Shown: positions 38,709 through 50,365 of the stretch, piece after piece
Position numbering within the stretch: position 1 is the stretch's first letter
Layout of the letters: each line of letters opens with the position of its first letter
Translations under genes and position numbers: made by a program
Assembly: GCA_965287045.1 (NCBI GenBank)
Contig: OZ336870.1
Span: forward strand, 116,994,001 to 117,058,000
Origin: Carcharhinus amblyrhynchos
Taxonomy: Eukaryota
Reading direction: 5' to 3'
DNA: 64,000 bases
The notes under the pieces: model-generated
The model's database searches: none
What the model was told of the DNA's origin: nothing
What the model saw: only the letters and a program-made list of their open reading frames with translations

Positions 38709-39086
38709 AAATATTCCGTCTGCGACTTGGGATATTCTGGCTGCGACTCGGGATATTCTGACTGTGACTCGGGATATTCTGACTGTGACTCGGGATATTC
38801 TGACTGTGACTTGGGATATTCTGACTGTGACTTGGGATATTCCGTCTGCAACTCGGGATATTCCACCCGCGTCTCAGGATATTCCGCCTGCGTCTCGGGA
38901 TATTCCGCCTGCGTCTCGGGATATTCCGCCTGCGTCTCGGGATATTCCGCCTGCGTCTCGGGATATTCTGTCTGCATTTCGGAATTTTCTCTCTGCGTCT
39001 TGAAACATAATGTCTGTATCTCAGAGTAACCTGTCTGTATTGCAGGATGCGTGGTCTGTGCAAGCTCATCAAAATGTTTAGACATT
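38709..39086. repeat. 21-bp minisatellite (13 clear units plus about 4-5 degenerate in-phase units)
   Basis: Units atattctgactgtgactcggg and atattccgcctgcgtctcggg start every 21 bp from 38711 to 38963. Degenerate units continue in register to about 39070. Confidence 0.97.
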
Positions 39087-39403
39087 ACTAATCTCAGTTT
39101 AAACAAATAATAACACCTTTGTGTATTTAGGGTCAAAGCCAAGGCAGACTGAAAGCATGCTCGCATTTTTGTTTATCAGTCTGGTCACAGCTATTGCCTT
39201 TTATCCAATTAGAGTGCAAAATAACGTCAATCATCAAATATTTAGCCTTGCTTCTATTGTGGGTATTTGAGATATTTGGTTTCTGCTGTGTGCTTTATCC
39301 TTATTTGAAGCTTAGCTCTTCTCCAGCGTGGGGAAGGATGATCCAAATACAATGAAGCACACAGTGTAGAGACTGCTTTGATCCTGAAGTATTATTGCAG
39401 CAA

Positions 39404-39420
39404 GCCACTAGAGGGTGCTA
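39404..39420 (+). promoter_or_regulatory. CTCF-like binding motif
   Basis: GCCACTAGAGGGTGCTA, one C>T change at the CpG position of the core consensus. Confidence 0.4.
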
Positions 39421-39934
39421 AGTGTACTCTGACTACTTCAAATCTCAGCAGTTGCAAGATACCATTTTACGGAAGAAAAATAGTACATTTCACAGCCATT
39501 AGATTTTGAAAACAAATCTATACAAATATATTTAACAGTGACTGAAGAAACCAAGCTTTAGGCCAAGTAGTTAGTAACCTAGATATGGGTGACAGGCTCC
39601 TTCCGCCATTCCCACTCCACAATCAGAGATATATCACAAAACCATTGCACCGGGGGTTGTGGTGGTGTTACTGCAAGAAAAACTATCCACCACTGAACTT
39701 GCTCTGGCTTTGCTCTTGAACATTACAATGTAAAATAGCTAACATTAAGAACTGCACTGGAACCATCAGGATTTGTTCTATATAAATAATTATGGGCAAT
39801 TTTGAATTGCTATCCAGTTGTTTTTAGACTGAGTTCTTCACATGAGACACTTGAACTATTCCAAGAGAGGAGATGTTGTAATGGTTTGTGGCAGCTGATC
39901 TTTTTTTAATTGGTTAAAGTTCATTTAAGAAGCC

Positions 39935-40470
39935 CCAGACCTGGCCAAGTGGGCCATCAACAGATCCAGGCAATGGGTGGTCGAGAGGGTCGTCTGACCC
40001 GACTGTCTGCCCTTTTATTGTGGTTATGTTCAGGGCCGAGTGGCCTTGTACAGGGAGTACACGGTACACACCAATATTCTTCACGCCGTCCGTGATCGGC
40101 GAACACCACAGGGCAGTGCTGCATCATCACTGCTGGGAAACACTCTTTAATCTGAATAATACCTTCTAACATTCTATTTTTAGTTATAGTGTCTCCCTCT
40201 CATTTGTTAAATTTACTATTTATCAGTTTTATTTTGAAAAGAGTATAAATAGAGGATTGCCCCATCAGGGGGTGTCACCTCACCACTGTGTTTGTGTGTA
40301 ATATTTTGATTTTTAAGAGATTCAGCCCCATGAATGACATTTTACTTTGATTTTGTATTTTGTTTTCTTTGAAGTTTTGATGTTTTGCTACAGGATCCCA
40401 CCAAGGGCTTCACTTGCTCTTGTTTATTTATTTTTGTGTTGATTGCTTGTTTTATATTTTTAAAAAAGAG
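39935..40470 (+). mobile_element. Tx1/L1-clade LINE 3' fragment (ORF2 C-terminus and T-rich 3' UTR)
   Basis: From 39941: LAKWAINRSRQWVVERVV*PDCLPFYCGYVQGRVALYREYTVHTNILHAVRDRRTPQG, resembling Tx1 ORF2 ends (AKxxIxxxR motif). Recognised from memory, not by search. Confidence 0.65.
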
Positions 40471-40560
40471 TATGAAAATGTCCATAATGAGAGGCGGATG
40501 GTCAGTTTCCTCTTGCCTGGGGGGTTGACACTGACTTCATTAGTTGCTACCTTGTTTGGT

Positions 40561-40634
40561 GGCAATTTAGCTCAAGCGGTTTGAATATGGTCATAGTAAC
40601 TCTAATGCTGTGGGTTCCATCCCCATCCTGGCCA
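40561..40634 (+). pseudogene. tRNA-Ile(AAT)-like pseudogene
   Basis: 74 nt, gap-free alignment to vertebrate tRNA-Ile(AAT) as recalled, about 51/74 identical by my count. Anticodon now reads AGT and stems are disrupted. Confidence 0.7.
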
Positions 40635-40654
40635 GCTGGAAGACATTTTGTAGG

Positions 40655-40729
40655 AATGAGCTGGCTGAGAAATGATGGACTGCAAATCCATTAAGCTCTG
40701 TGTGATGGTTTCAAATCCCACCCTTGTTG
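40655..40729 (+). pseudogene. tRNA-Ser(GCT)-like pseudogene
   Basis: gagctggctgag...gatggactgcaaatccatt..gctctg....ggtttcaaatcccacccttgttg follows tRNA-Ser(GCT) (GATGGACTGCTAATCCATT, long variable arm, TTCGAATCCCACCCTCGTCG) with a D-loop deletion. Confidence 0.7.
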
Positions 40730-43091
40730 TTTGTTTGTTTAATATATTGCTTCTTTGTATTTTAAGAGGCCGTTAGCTTTATAATTTGACATACTCAAAA
40801 GAGTCTAAAAGAGGCCCATCTGTGAATCCCACAAACCACTGTGCTTGTGTTTTTAAGCACTGCTTAAGTAATATTACCTTTTCATCGAAACGATCAATCA
40901 TATTGTGGTGATTGCCCCTTTAAGGACTCAACTGCAGAGTAAGAGTCACATGACCTGGGGAACTTTCTTGCTGGCTAACTGAGGCCACAAGCCTTTGTAA
41001 TAAGTAAATAAATGTTGTGGTTATTATTTACCTAACTGGTGAAGTGAAATTATTACATTGGTGATGAGGATTAAAGAAAAACACAGCGGTCCCAAGATTG
41101 TGAGTATAAAGTCATATTGAAGTTCAGTTCATGTTGAGAAACAGATGAGTGTTTGCAGATATGCCCCTATTTGGATGGATAGATCCTTCTGGTGATCGAT
41201 GGAGGATTGGACACAATGTATTGAATGTTTGAGCTATTATTTTTAGGCCAACTGAACAGAGGAGGAGTGGAAATGGAAGGCAATCCTTCTGAGTGTCTGT
41301 GGGACTCAGGCCTACAGTTTATTATGCAGCTTCACATCCCCAAATGTGCCTGACTCCAAGTCATTCACTGAGATAGCTGAAAACACACCACCAACCAAAA
41401 ACATACTGCAATGATTTAAGTTTACCTTAATCAGGGGACCCCTGGGGAATCTACTGCAACATATATCCCAAATTAAGATAGATCTCAGAGCATTGTGACC
41501 TTGGAACCACTCTCAATGAAATGCTGCGTTTAGCCGGTGGTATAAATAAGGCCATCCAGAGGAAGCTATTAGCAGAGACAGTCACAATGTTAAGGCGGCG
41601 ATGGAGATGGTGTTGGCAATGGAGACCGCTGAGAAAGGTGTACAGGAGTTTCAGAGCTGGCAAAATGACGCAATTCACAGTTAGAGTGAGAAGCTGCAGT
41701 CAGCAGTGGCTCCAAAAATGAAGATGTATTTTAAAAGAGGAAGCAAATGCAGCCATGAATAGAGTGAGAAGACTTTTAAAAAGCCAATCAATCACCTAGG
41801 ATTGAAGCAGAGAGTTACCAGTGTGGGGGTAATCGCTCCCCTGAAACCTGCAGGTTTAAAGAGGCTGAATGTTTTTATTTGCTGCAGGAAAGGTCACTTA
41901 AGGAACTGGTGTAAAGTAATACATTGCAAGTGCATAGAATGGAAGTGACCAGAGAATGAAAGAGATTTGAATATTCACTCATTGTTCAATATAAAAGTGA
42001 ATAAGGTTGCCTTCGTCACTGTGATGCTTTTGGTAAATGACAGCCCCTTAAAGATGGAAGTTAATATGGGAGCCTCTGCCACGGTGACAGAATACCACAC
42101 ATTTTGATATTTACAAGGAAGAGTCCAGCCATTGAGTTTGAAGATACCATAGCAAAACTAACAACTTACACAGGGGAAGCTATCAAGATAAAGGCTACTA
42201 CCACAGTACCTGTAAGCTGTAAGCAGTAGTCCACTCAACGTCCAGTAATAATAGTGTCAGGGCAATGGCCATGTATTTTAGGTTGTGATTGGCTTAAGGT
42301 AATCAAGTTAAACTGGATGGAAATCTTCCATACTGAGAAGGGGGAGTGCCTGAATTAATGAAGAAGAATGACAATATTTTCTGTGACACATTGGGTAAAA
42401 TAAAGGGCCTTGAGGGGAAGATCTATGAAGATCTGGAAGCAATCTTATGACCAGGAGCATGTGCCTCGCAAAAACATTGGACGTGGAATTGAAGAGATTG
42501 GAAGAAGTGGGTACTATCCAACCAGTTCAATTTGCAGAGTGGGCAGCATTCATAGTCCTTGTGATTAGGCCTGACAAGACATCTGTGGAGTGGGAAGCGC
42601 TCATAGTCCCTGTGATAAAGCTTGATAAAACCATCCGCATCAAATTAACAGTTAATCAGGCTGCCAAATTAGGTAAATATCTAATCTCGAAGATTAAAGA
42701 CTTGAATGCAAAGCTGACTAGAGGCCAATCTTATTCAAAACTGGAAATGAGTCACACATATCAGCAACTTGAATTAGACGACACTTCCCGAAGTTATGTC
42801 ATGAGAAACACACACAAAACTTTGCACTTACTCTTTTGTGTGTCATCAGCATGTGCTATTTTTTATAGAACAACAAAAAGTTTATTGCCAGGACTGCCAC
42901 AAGTTGCACTGTACTTGGATAACGTTCTGATAACTGGATTGACAGAAGCTGAGCACTTAGCTAACTTAGAGGAGGTACTAAAGACATTTCAAGAAGCTAG
43001 AGTTTGCCTCAAAGGGAAATATATTTTTCAAGCTACTGAGACAGCCTGTCTGGGATATCCTAGTTGCACTAGGATTACACCCCATGGAAGA

Positions 43092-45115
43092 CAATCGTTT
43101 GAACGGCACCTCAACTTTTTGTTGGCCATAAGTGAAAGCTGGGCTTTAAAAAATGTAAGCGTTAATTCATGGTTCACATAAATTTTGGCCTTATCTTCTC
43201 GTATGCATACCAGCTCCCTCTGAAATGGTTCTTGATACTTACACAAGAGCTCCTGGAAAACCTCATCCTTGATGCTGAATATTTCCAGTCAATTCAACTT
43301 GCTTTGCTCAGCCAGTCTCATCCCATAAGGCTAGGCTTCTGTTCCTTCACTGCTATCAGGGTTAGCTAGGCAGACTGGTGCTGGTAAAATGCCTGTGTGG
43401 ATGACATGCCCAATTCCTTCAGTTCCTCCCAGTATAGGTTGCCAACTTGGCCATTGTACTTCTAAGCCTCACAGACTGCACCCCTCCCTGCAAATACCTG
43501 TAGGTTTTCTCTCCCATTGCTGGAGCGCCTGTATTGACTTCCAAAGTTAATGGACATCCTTTTAAAGGATGTTTTCAATGGTGGCAAGGGGAGAGGTGTG
43601 TTTTATTTAACTTTACAATGTTGAACTCATAAACTTTGGACTTCTTTTCCAAATCTTCCTCAGTCTTGTTCACTGGAGTCCTCGTTTTATTTTCTTGGGA
43701 ACTAGGTGTCGTCTGTTTGATTCTGCATCTGGCTCGTCTGTGGCCTTTCCAAGTTCATCTGAAACAAATGACATCTTTACATCTGCATCTGTCTCGGGGA
43801 TGGCATCTGCAACAACGGTAACATTTGTCAAACCCTTGTGGCTGATGACTTCTCTTCCTTCCCTCGGGTATATCGAGCTGCCACTATTTCCTGCCAAGTT
43901 TTATTCACCTCGCCCTGCACGCCTTGCAGTTCAAACACACTCCGTTCAGAGCTTTCAGTCACTTGAGCCAGTTCAACTATTTTACCCAGGGATATTTTAG
44001 TTCCCGCCAGCAACTTCTTCTGAATGTTCAAATTATTGCTACTTGGTGGCACAGTGGTTAGCACTGCTGCCTTACAGTGCCAGCTGGGTTCAATTCTGGC
44101 CTCGGGTCACTGTTTATGTGGAGTTTGCACATATTCCCCATGTCTGGTGTGGGTTTCCTCTGGGTGCTCCGGTTTCCTCGCACAGTCCAAAGATGTGTGG
44201 GTTAGGTTGATTGACCCTAGTGTCAGGGGATTAGCAGGATAAATGCGAAGGGTTCTGGGAATAGGGCCTGGGGGGGGGGGGATTGTGGTTGGAGCAGACT
44301 CGATGGGCTGAATGTCCTCCTTTTGCACTTTAGGGATTTGATGATTCTAAGAACATCACATAACATATCATTTAGAGACGGGCCAAAATCTCAATGTTCA
44401 ACCTTTTGACAAAGCCTGGTGACTAAAGCAGAAACCTGGCTCCCTTATGGCTGAATGGAATTTATATCGCTGCTAATAATGGAGGGTTGGGGATTGTGGT
44501 CGTGTCTTATTAGGGCAACTAGCTGGTCAAAGGATTTTGTATCTGGTGCCTCCAGAGACATTAGGCTTCTTATGAGGTTAGATGTCTGTGGGCTACACAA
44601 CATGAGCAAAATAACTTTCTGCTTTTCATCGGAATTTATTTTGTCAGGTGCAAAAAATATGGAAGTCTTTCATTGTACTGGCTCCAATTTTCAATCTCCA
44701 ATGGATGGATTTTCCTGAACATTGGCTTAGCGACTCTACTATGATTGGGACAATAAATTTCTACCTTCCCTACAGTTCTTCAGGGAATCACCCTCTCCCC
44801 TCCAAATGTTGACTTTTTTTTGCAGCTGTTGGCCAATTTATTCTTATTGCCAATATTGCAGTGTGAGGTAAAATGACAAGAAAGTCTTAAATCACAATAG
44901 TGATTTGTTGAATGATAGTTATAATTGTTTACAGACAAGCTGAGTACAGATACAGATCCAGCCCCACCGACTCCTGGGCTTAGGCTGCAGATTTCACCTT
45001 CCTGGACCCAAGCCCGAAGACTCAATAGGCTAAGGTTCGCACGCTCCATTCCAATAGGCTCCAGGAGTCATGTGACCATTGAACAATCACCCCTTAAAGG
45101 GGTCATGCTACCATA
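43092..45115 (-). mobile_element. Second Gypsy element nested antisense, 3'-truncated
   Basis: LTR about 44854-45115 (TATGGTAGCATGACCCCTTTAAGG..., similar to the host LTR start) and PBS-like TGGCAATAAGAA at 44841-44852. gag ENWSQYNERL...LIRSLMSLEAPDTKSFDQLVAL; pol start KYQEPFQRELVCIREDKAKIYV...FFKA. Confidence 0.85.
44044..44348 (+). mobile_element. HE1/V-SINE-type SINE inside the nested Gypsy gag
   Basis: Head, V-domain and tail. Confidence 0.9.
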
Positions 45116-45326
45116 TTCCCCAAGCAGAGGAATTATGTTGCTGCACAGCATTTGGAAACCCCCTGAAGGACGTGATTTATAATTGACTACATTCATGTAA
45201 TAAATATTTAATTATCTGAAAGTTTCTAAATTGATATTGATATTTGTATCAAAAGGACTTAGAGAGGAAGGATGTAGTGATTATCACTTTAAGGATAAAG
45301 GATTTGCAGAGGAAGGATCACTTGGG

Positions 45327-45674
45327 GGGTGGCATGGTGACACAGTGGTTAGCACTGCTGCCCCACAGCGCCAGAGATCTGGGTTCAATTGCGGCCTTGG
45401 GCCACTGTCTGTGTGGAATTTGCACGTTTGCCTCATGTCTGCATGGGTTTCCTCCGGGTGCTCCAGTTTTCTCCCACAGTCCAAAGATGTGCAACTTAGG
45501 TTGATTGGGCATGCTAAATTTCCCCCTAGAGTCCAAAGATATGTAGGTTAGGGGGATTAGCAGGTTGGGGTTATAGGGATAGGGCGAGGTTTGGGCCTGA
45601 GTAAAATGCGAGACAATGTAGAATCAATGGGCTGAATGGCCTCCTTCTGCACTGTAGAGATTCTATGAATTCTA
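45327..45674 (+). mobile_element. HE1/V-SINE-type SINE inside the Gypsy 3' LTR
   Basis: Head, V-domain and tail. LTR homology resumes on both sides. Confidence 0.9.
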
Positions 45675-46374
45675 CGATCCGAAGAACCTTCTCGGGCTGA
45701 CTGGCTGCAAGCCTCTGTATTATAGCGTATAATAGTTATATGTAAATAAATATTGCAGTTGATATTTAGTTAACTGGTGAACTGGAATTATTACGCACAT
45801 TTTTGATTTATCACTGCATTTATACAAAAAGAATATTTGTTTTTCAGTTCTTTTCTTGCATGAGTCAGGTATTATTCTTTAGTAAAGTATTATAAATTAT
45901 TTTTGAAAACAAATTTCTCAAACTGATATTGACAGTATACATGATGCAAGCAAAGCTGACATGAAATCAAACACACACCACCAGGATTCATTCCTGTAGA
46001 TAGGACTAGACAACACATCCTCTCCTGCTCTATAATTAGGGTATTTTTGGATATGATTACTTACCAGGTTGGCTTGGAGATTTGTGTAGCGTTTCAGTCT
46101 AACTGCAGCAGAGTTGCGGTTTCTGAAGAAATCCCTTCACTGCTGAACTATGCTGAAACATTGTTATGTATGGATTTCTCAATCATTCACTGCTTTAAAG
46201 GAATGTCTGCCAAATCTCTCTGCCACTCACGTATACAGCACTGTCCCCATGCAAAAAATGAGCTGGTGGGGATTTTCTGGGTTTACATCAGTTGGCTCTG
46301 GAGTGGCCTTAAAGCACTGATGCATCATGTCTTGCAGTCACCTGATATCGCCATACCTGAGATTTCCAGAATTT

Positions 46375-46678
46375 AGAATCATAGAAGCCCTATATTGCAG
46401 AAGGAGGCCATTCGGTCTATCAAGCCTGCACCGACTACAATTCCACTCAGGTCCTATCCTCATAACCCCTCATATTTACCCTGCTACCTCCTCTGAAATT
46501 AAGGGGCAATTTAACATGGACAATCAACCTAACCTGCACATCTTTGGATTGTGGGAGGAAACTGGAGCACTCAGAGGAAACCCATGCAGACATGGGGAGA
46601 ATGTGCAAACTCCACACAGACATGACTCAAGACTGGAGTCGAACCTGTGAGGCTAACCACTATGCCATCGTGCCACCC
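46375..46678 (-). mobile_element. HE1/V-SINE-type SINE
   Basis: Reverse complement of the family. Confidence 0.9.
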
Positions 46679-48423
46679 ATCAACTTTTTATGTGGTTTAG
46701 GAAACAGACTCCTTATCAGGACCAGCACTGTTTAACAAAGATGTTGTTAGTTTCAAGAACCTAGAATTTATCAGATATTGTCAAACTGACATTTGCAGTC
46801 AGACGAAATGGCTGGAATGCCCTTCCCAATAAGCAAATATTCAAGATGGAGTTAGCTGGATGTTTGATGGGCAAGCGAGTCCAGGGGACAGGCAAGAAAA
46901 TGGTGTTAATCGATTCGCCCTGAGCTTTTTGAATGGCAGAGCAGGCTCGATGGGCTGAATGGCATACTCCTACTCACGATTCTTATGACCTTATATGTGT
47001 TCCGTGGAGTAACGGAAGGGAAAGAGGAGCAACAGAAGTGGAAAGCTCCGAGAGTGAGGCATCAGGGTAAAATACAGCAGCCACGTATATTTTTTCTATT
47101 GGTGGATCTGTGTTTGTGCTCTTTTTATGCTAGTTTTTTCGGCATATTAACTCAGCAGGTGAAGGCTGCTTTAGGACTTCACAGTCAATCGCTTGCATAA
47201 GGACCCAGGCAGTGGCTGCGACTTGATCCAGTAACCATCCACCACAGGCAGGCTGAAACCTCAGTGCAATGTATTCCATTTCTGCACAACTGGTGTGTGT
47301 GCATCATTCTAGCCCTGGAGAGAGCCCTGATTGATGGATGGGGTTGTGAGCAATGTCCATGCCCTCAGAGTTATGGTCCTGGTTAAGTTTTGTTAGCATA
47401 AAAGGAATATAGGAATCTATCGGGATGAAGTTAGAATTCCCTCAACTACACATGAAAGATAGTTGTGTAATATAAGGACAGGAAAAGACCAGGAATTTAA
47501 AAATGAATCAAAGTAAAGAAACCAACAAACAAAGCAAGACACTGGAAGAAACAGAAATTAAATACTACAGACCCTGGCTGAAATACAAACAGGAAATGCT
47601 GGTAAACACAACAGGTCGGATAATATCAATGAAACGAGAAACAGAATTAATGGGCAAAGATTTATTTTTCAGCAATAAGGACTATTTTCAGCTCTCGACC
47701 CTGCCTGCAGTAGCAATACACCATCTGTATCAATCTTCTAGAAGGTGGACAACTAAGAATCCATCTATGGGATTTATGCCTGATTAGGGAGAGTGGGTAT
47801 CCTGAGGAGGCAGGAGGTCCATTCAGCAGGTCCCATTGTAAGGCCTGCCTTTGCTGTGCCAGCAGTGAGAGAGCTGCTTCAGAGAATGCAGCAGGCACAG
47901 GAGGGACATGATAAAGGTGCAGTCAGTCTGATGGGAGAGGTGTTCACTGCATCGCAGCCCAGCATAAACAAAGTCTCCAGCAGTTCCTCACGTCATGGCA
48001 AAACGGTAGCCAGCGGGAGATATCAGCCTTGCTATTATTTTGTTACTAAAGGTTATTGTCAAGGCGCTGACGCAGTGCGGAGCTAGTGTGACTCTCGGAA
48101 TATTGCAAAGTTGGTGAAAGATTGCAATAACTTGCTGAATTACGTATTGCAATAGGCTTTCTGACACCATGGGGCAGGCTGCTGACATCAGACTCGGCCC
48201 ATCCAACGTGGCTGAATGGGGGAAAGTGGTCAGCCCATCAGCCCAAAGCATTTTTCTCTAACTCACCTGGAAGGGTTTGGTAAAATTTTCCCCAGTGTTT
48301 TAGATAAATGGCCTTCACTGTTTATCTGCAATTTCTGATTTCGCTGCAAGAATATACAGGGGCCAGCACTGGGGCCATGCAATTGCAGAGCCTGAGGCTC
48401 CCAGTATTTTCAGACTTCAAATC

Positions 48424-48820
48424 AGGGGATCTCATAGAAACTTATAAAATTCGAACAGGGTTAGACAAGGTAGATTCAGAAAGAGTGTTCCCAGTGGCAG
48501 GGGAGTCCAGAACTAGGGGTCATACTTTAAGGTTAAGGGGTAAACCTTTTCGAACTGAGGTGAGGAGAAATTTCTTCACCCGGAGGATGGTGAGTGTGTG
48601 GCATTCACTACCACAGAAAGTAGTTGAGGCTAAAACGTTGTCTGATTTCAAGGAGAAATTGGACATAGCTCTTGGGGCTAAAGTGATCAAGGGATCGGGG
48701 GAGAGGGGGGAGGACATCAGGATATTGAATTTGACGATCGGTCATGATCAAAATGAATGATGGAGCATGCTCAAAGGGCCAAATGGCCAACTCCTGCTTC
48801 TAGTTTCCACGCTTCTATGT
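48424..48820 (+). mobile_element. CR1-type LINE 3' fragment
   Basis: GDLIETYKIRTGLDKVDSERVFPVAGESRTRGHTLRLRGKPFRTEVRRNFFT plus tail. Confidence 0.92.
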
Positions 48821-48834
48821 AAACTTTTGTATAC

Positions 48835-49260
48835 AATCAAGGAGCAGGAGCAGGCCATTCAGCCCCTTGAGCCTGCACCCCTCATTTAATTTGATTTGAT
48901 AGTAATCTCAAATATGTGTCCGGCCACCTCCCTGTAACCTATCACCTCTTGCTTACCAAAAATCTCTCCACCTCTGCCTTAAAAATATTCAAACACTCTG
49001 CTTCCACCACCTTTTCTGACAGACAATTTCAAAGACTCACAACTCTCTGTGTGAAAAAAGTTTGCTTCATCTCCATTTGAAGTAGGCTCATTTTGTTTTT
49101 AAATAGTGATCCCCTAGCTCTAGATTCTCCCACAAGTGGAAACATCCTCTCCACACCCATACTGTCAAGACCCCACAGGATCTTATAAGTTTCAATCAAA
49201 TTGCCTCTTCAAAACTCTAGTGGATACAAGGCTAGTCCCTCTAAGCCTTCATCATAAGAC
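48835..49260 (-). mobile_element. CR1-type LINE 3' fragment, tail-to-tail with the previous one
   Basis: ggagcaggagcaggccattcagccccttgagcctgc antisense tail and decayed ORF2 end. Confidence 0.8.
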
Positions 49261-49261
49261 A

Positions 49262-50365
49262 CTGTAAGAAGCCTCACCACACCAGATTAAGGTCCACCAG
49301 GTTTATTTGATAGCAAGAGCATTTGAAGTGCTGCTGCTTCATCAGGTGAGTGGAGGATTGGGTTCACAAACAGGGCATATATAGATACAGACTCAATTCA
49401 CAAGATAATGGCTGGAATGTGAGTCTTAACTGGGAATCAAGTCGTTACAGGTACAGACAACATGAGTGGAGAGAGGGTTAAGCACAGGTTAAAGAAGTGT
49501 GAATTGTCTCAAGCCAGGACAGTTAGTGAGATTTGTTGTGGAGGTTACAAGTAGTGTGACATGAATCCAAGATCCCAGTTGAGGCCATCCTCACGTGTGC
49601 AGAACTTAGCTATCAATTTCTCTCAGTGGTTCTGCGTTGTGTGTCTTGAAGGCCACCTTGGAGAACACTTATTCGAAGATCAGAGGCTGAATGCCCTTGA
49701 CTGCTGAAGTGTTCCTCGACAGGAAAGGAACATTCCTGCTTGATGATTGTTGAGTGGTGTTCATTCATACATTGTATCCGCATGGTTTTGCCAATGTACC
49801 ATGCCTCAGGACGTCCTTTCCTGTAGTGTATCAGGCAGACAATGTTGGCCGAGTCGTAAGAGTATGTAACGTGTACCTAGTGGATGGTGTTCTCACATGA
49901 GACGATGGCATCCACATCAATGATCCAGTACATCTTGCAGAGGTTGCTGTAGCAAGGTTGTGTGGTGTCGTGGTCACTGTTCTTCTAAAGGATGAGTAGT
50001 TTGCTGCAAACAATGGTCTGTCTGAGGTTGTGCGGTTATTTGAAGGCAAGTAATGGCGGTGGCCTTGGCGAGATGTTGATCTTCATCAGTGACATGTTGA
50101 AGGCTCCGAAGAAGATGGAGCAAATAAGAAGGAGCTTCTCTGCTCCAGGAAAGTACTGGACGATGAAGGGTACTTTGTCTGTTGTATCTTGTATTTGTCT
50201 TCTAGGAGGTTGGTGCGGTTTTTCGCTGTGGTGCATCGGAACTGTTGATTGATAAATCGAGCGCCATATCCTGCTCTTATAAGGGCATCTTTCAGTGTCT
50301 GTAGGTGTCCTTTGCAACCCTTCCCATCTGAGCAGATCTTGTGTATATGGAGGGCTTCAAACTCA
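49262..50365 (-). mobile_element. Penelope-like element (end of RT, GIY-YIG endonuclease, terminal repeat)
   Basis: Minus-strand fragments ALHIHKICSD, HLQTLKDALIRAGY, DTTDKVPFIVQYFPGAEKL, PPLLAFK, SANIVCLI and EAWYIGKT. Decayed hammerhead CUGAUGAAGCAGCAGCACUUCAAA at about 49322-49346. Confidence 0.88.

Larger units (their letters stand above)
40904..45795 (+). mobile_element. Degenerate Gypsy/Ty3 LTR retrotransposon (host element) with both LTRs
   Basis: 5' LTR 40904-41057 (TG...CA) and PBS-like tggtgatgagga at 41059. gag with zinc-knuckle remnant at about 41815-41910, protease remnant MEVNMGASA at about 42054, RT in ORF 42447-43181 (EWAA.IV.V, LYLDNVL). pol end KPPE..DL* at about 45156-45182, PPT 45261-45272, 3' LTR 45273-45795 interrupted by a SINE. 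Flanks catat/cacat. Confidence 0.88.

Noticed and set aside
38709-39086. Regularly spaced repeats resembling a CRISPR array
   Set aside because: Units are contiguous 21-mers with no unique spacers, there are no cas genes, and the context is vertebrate.
40561-40729. Functional tRNA genes
   Set aside because: Acceptor and anticodon stems are mismatched, the B-boxes are altered and the Ser copy has a D-loop deletion; kept only as pseudogenes.
42447-43181. 244-aa ORF as a functional or domesticated reverse transcriptase
   Set aside because: Catalytic YLDD is YLDN, conserved blocks are deleted, the flanks are frameshifted, and the ORF runs into the antisense element.
46060-46070. Strong minus-strand donor motifs CTG|GTAAGT (about 46060) and TAG|GTAAGC (about 54905) as extra exons
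   Set aside because: Upstream sequence gives no NDST-like or otherwise recognisable peptide.
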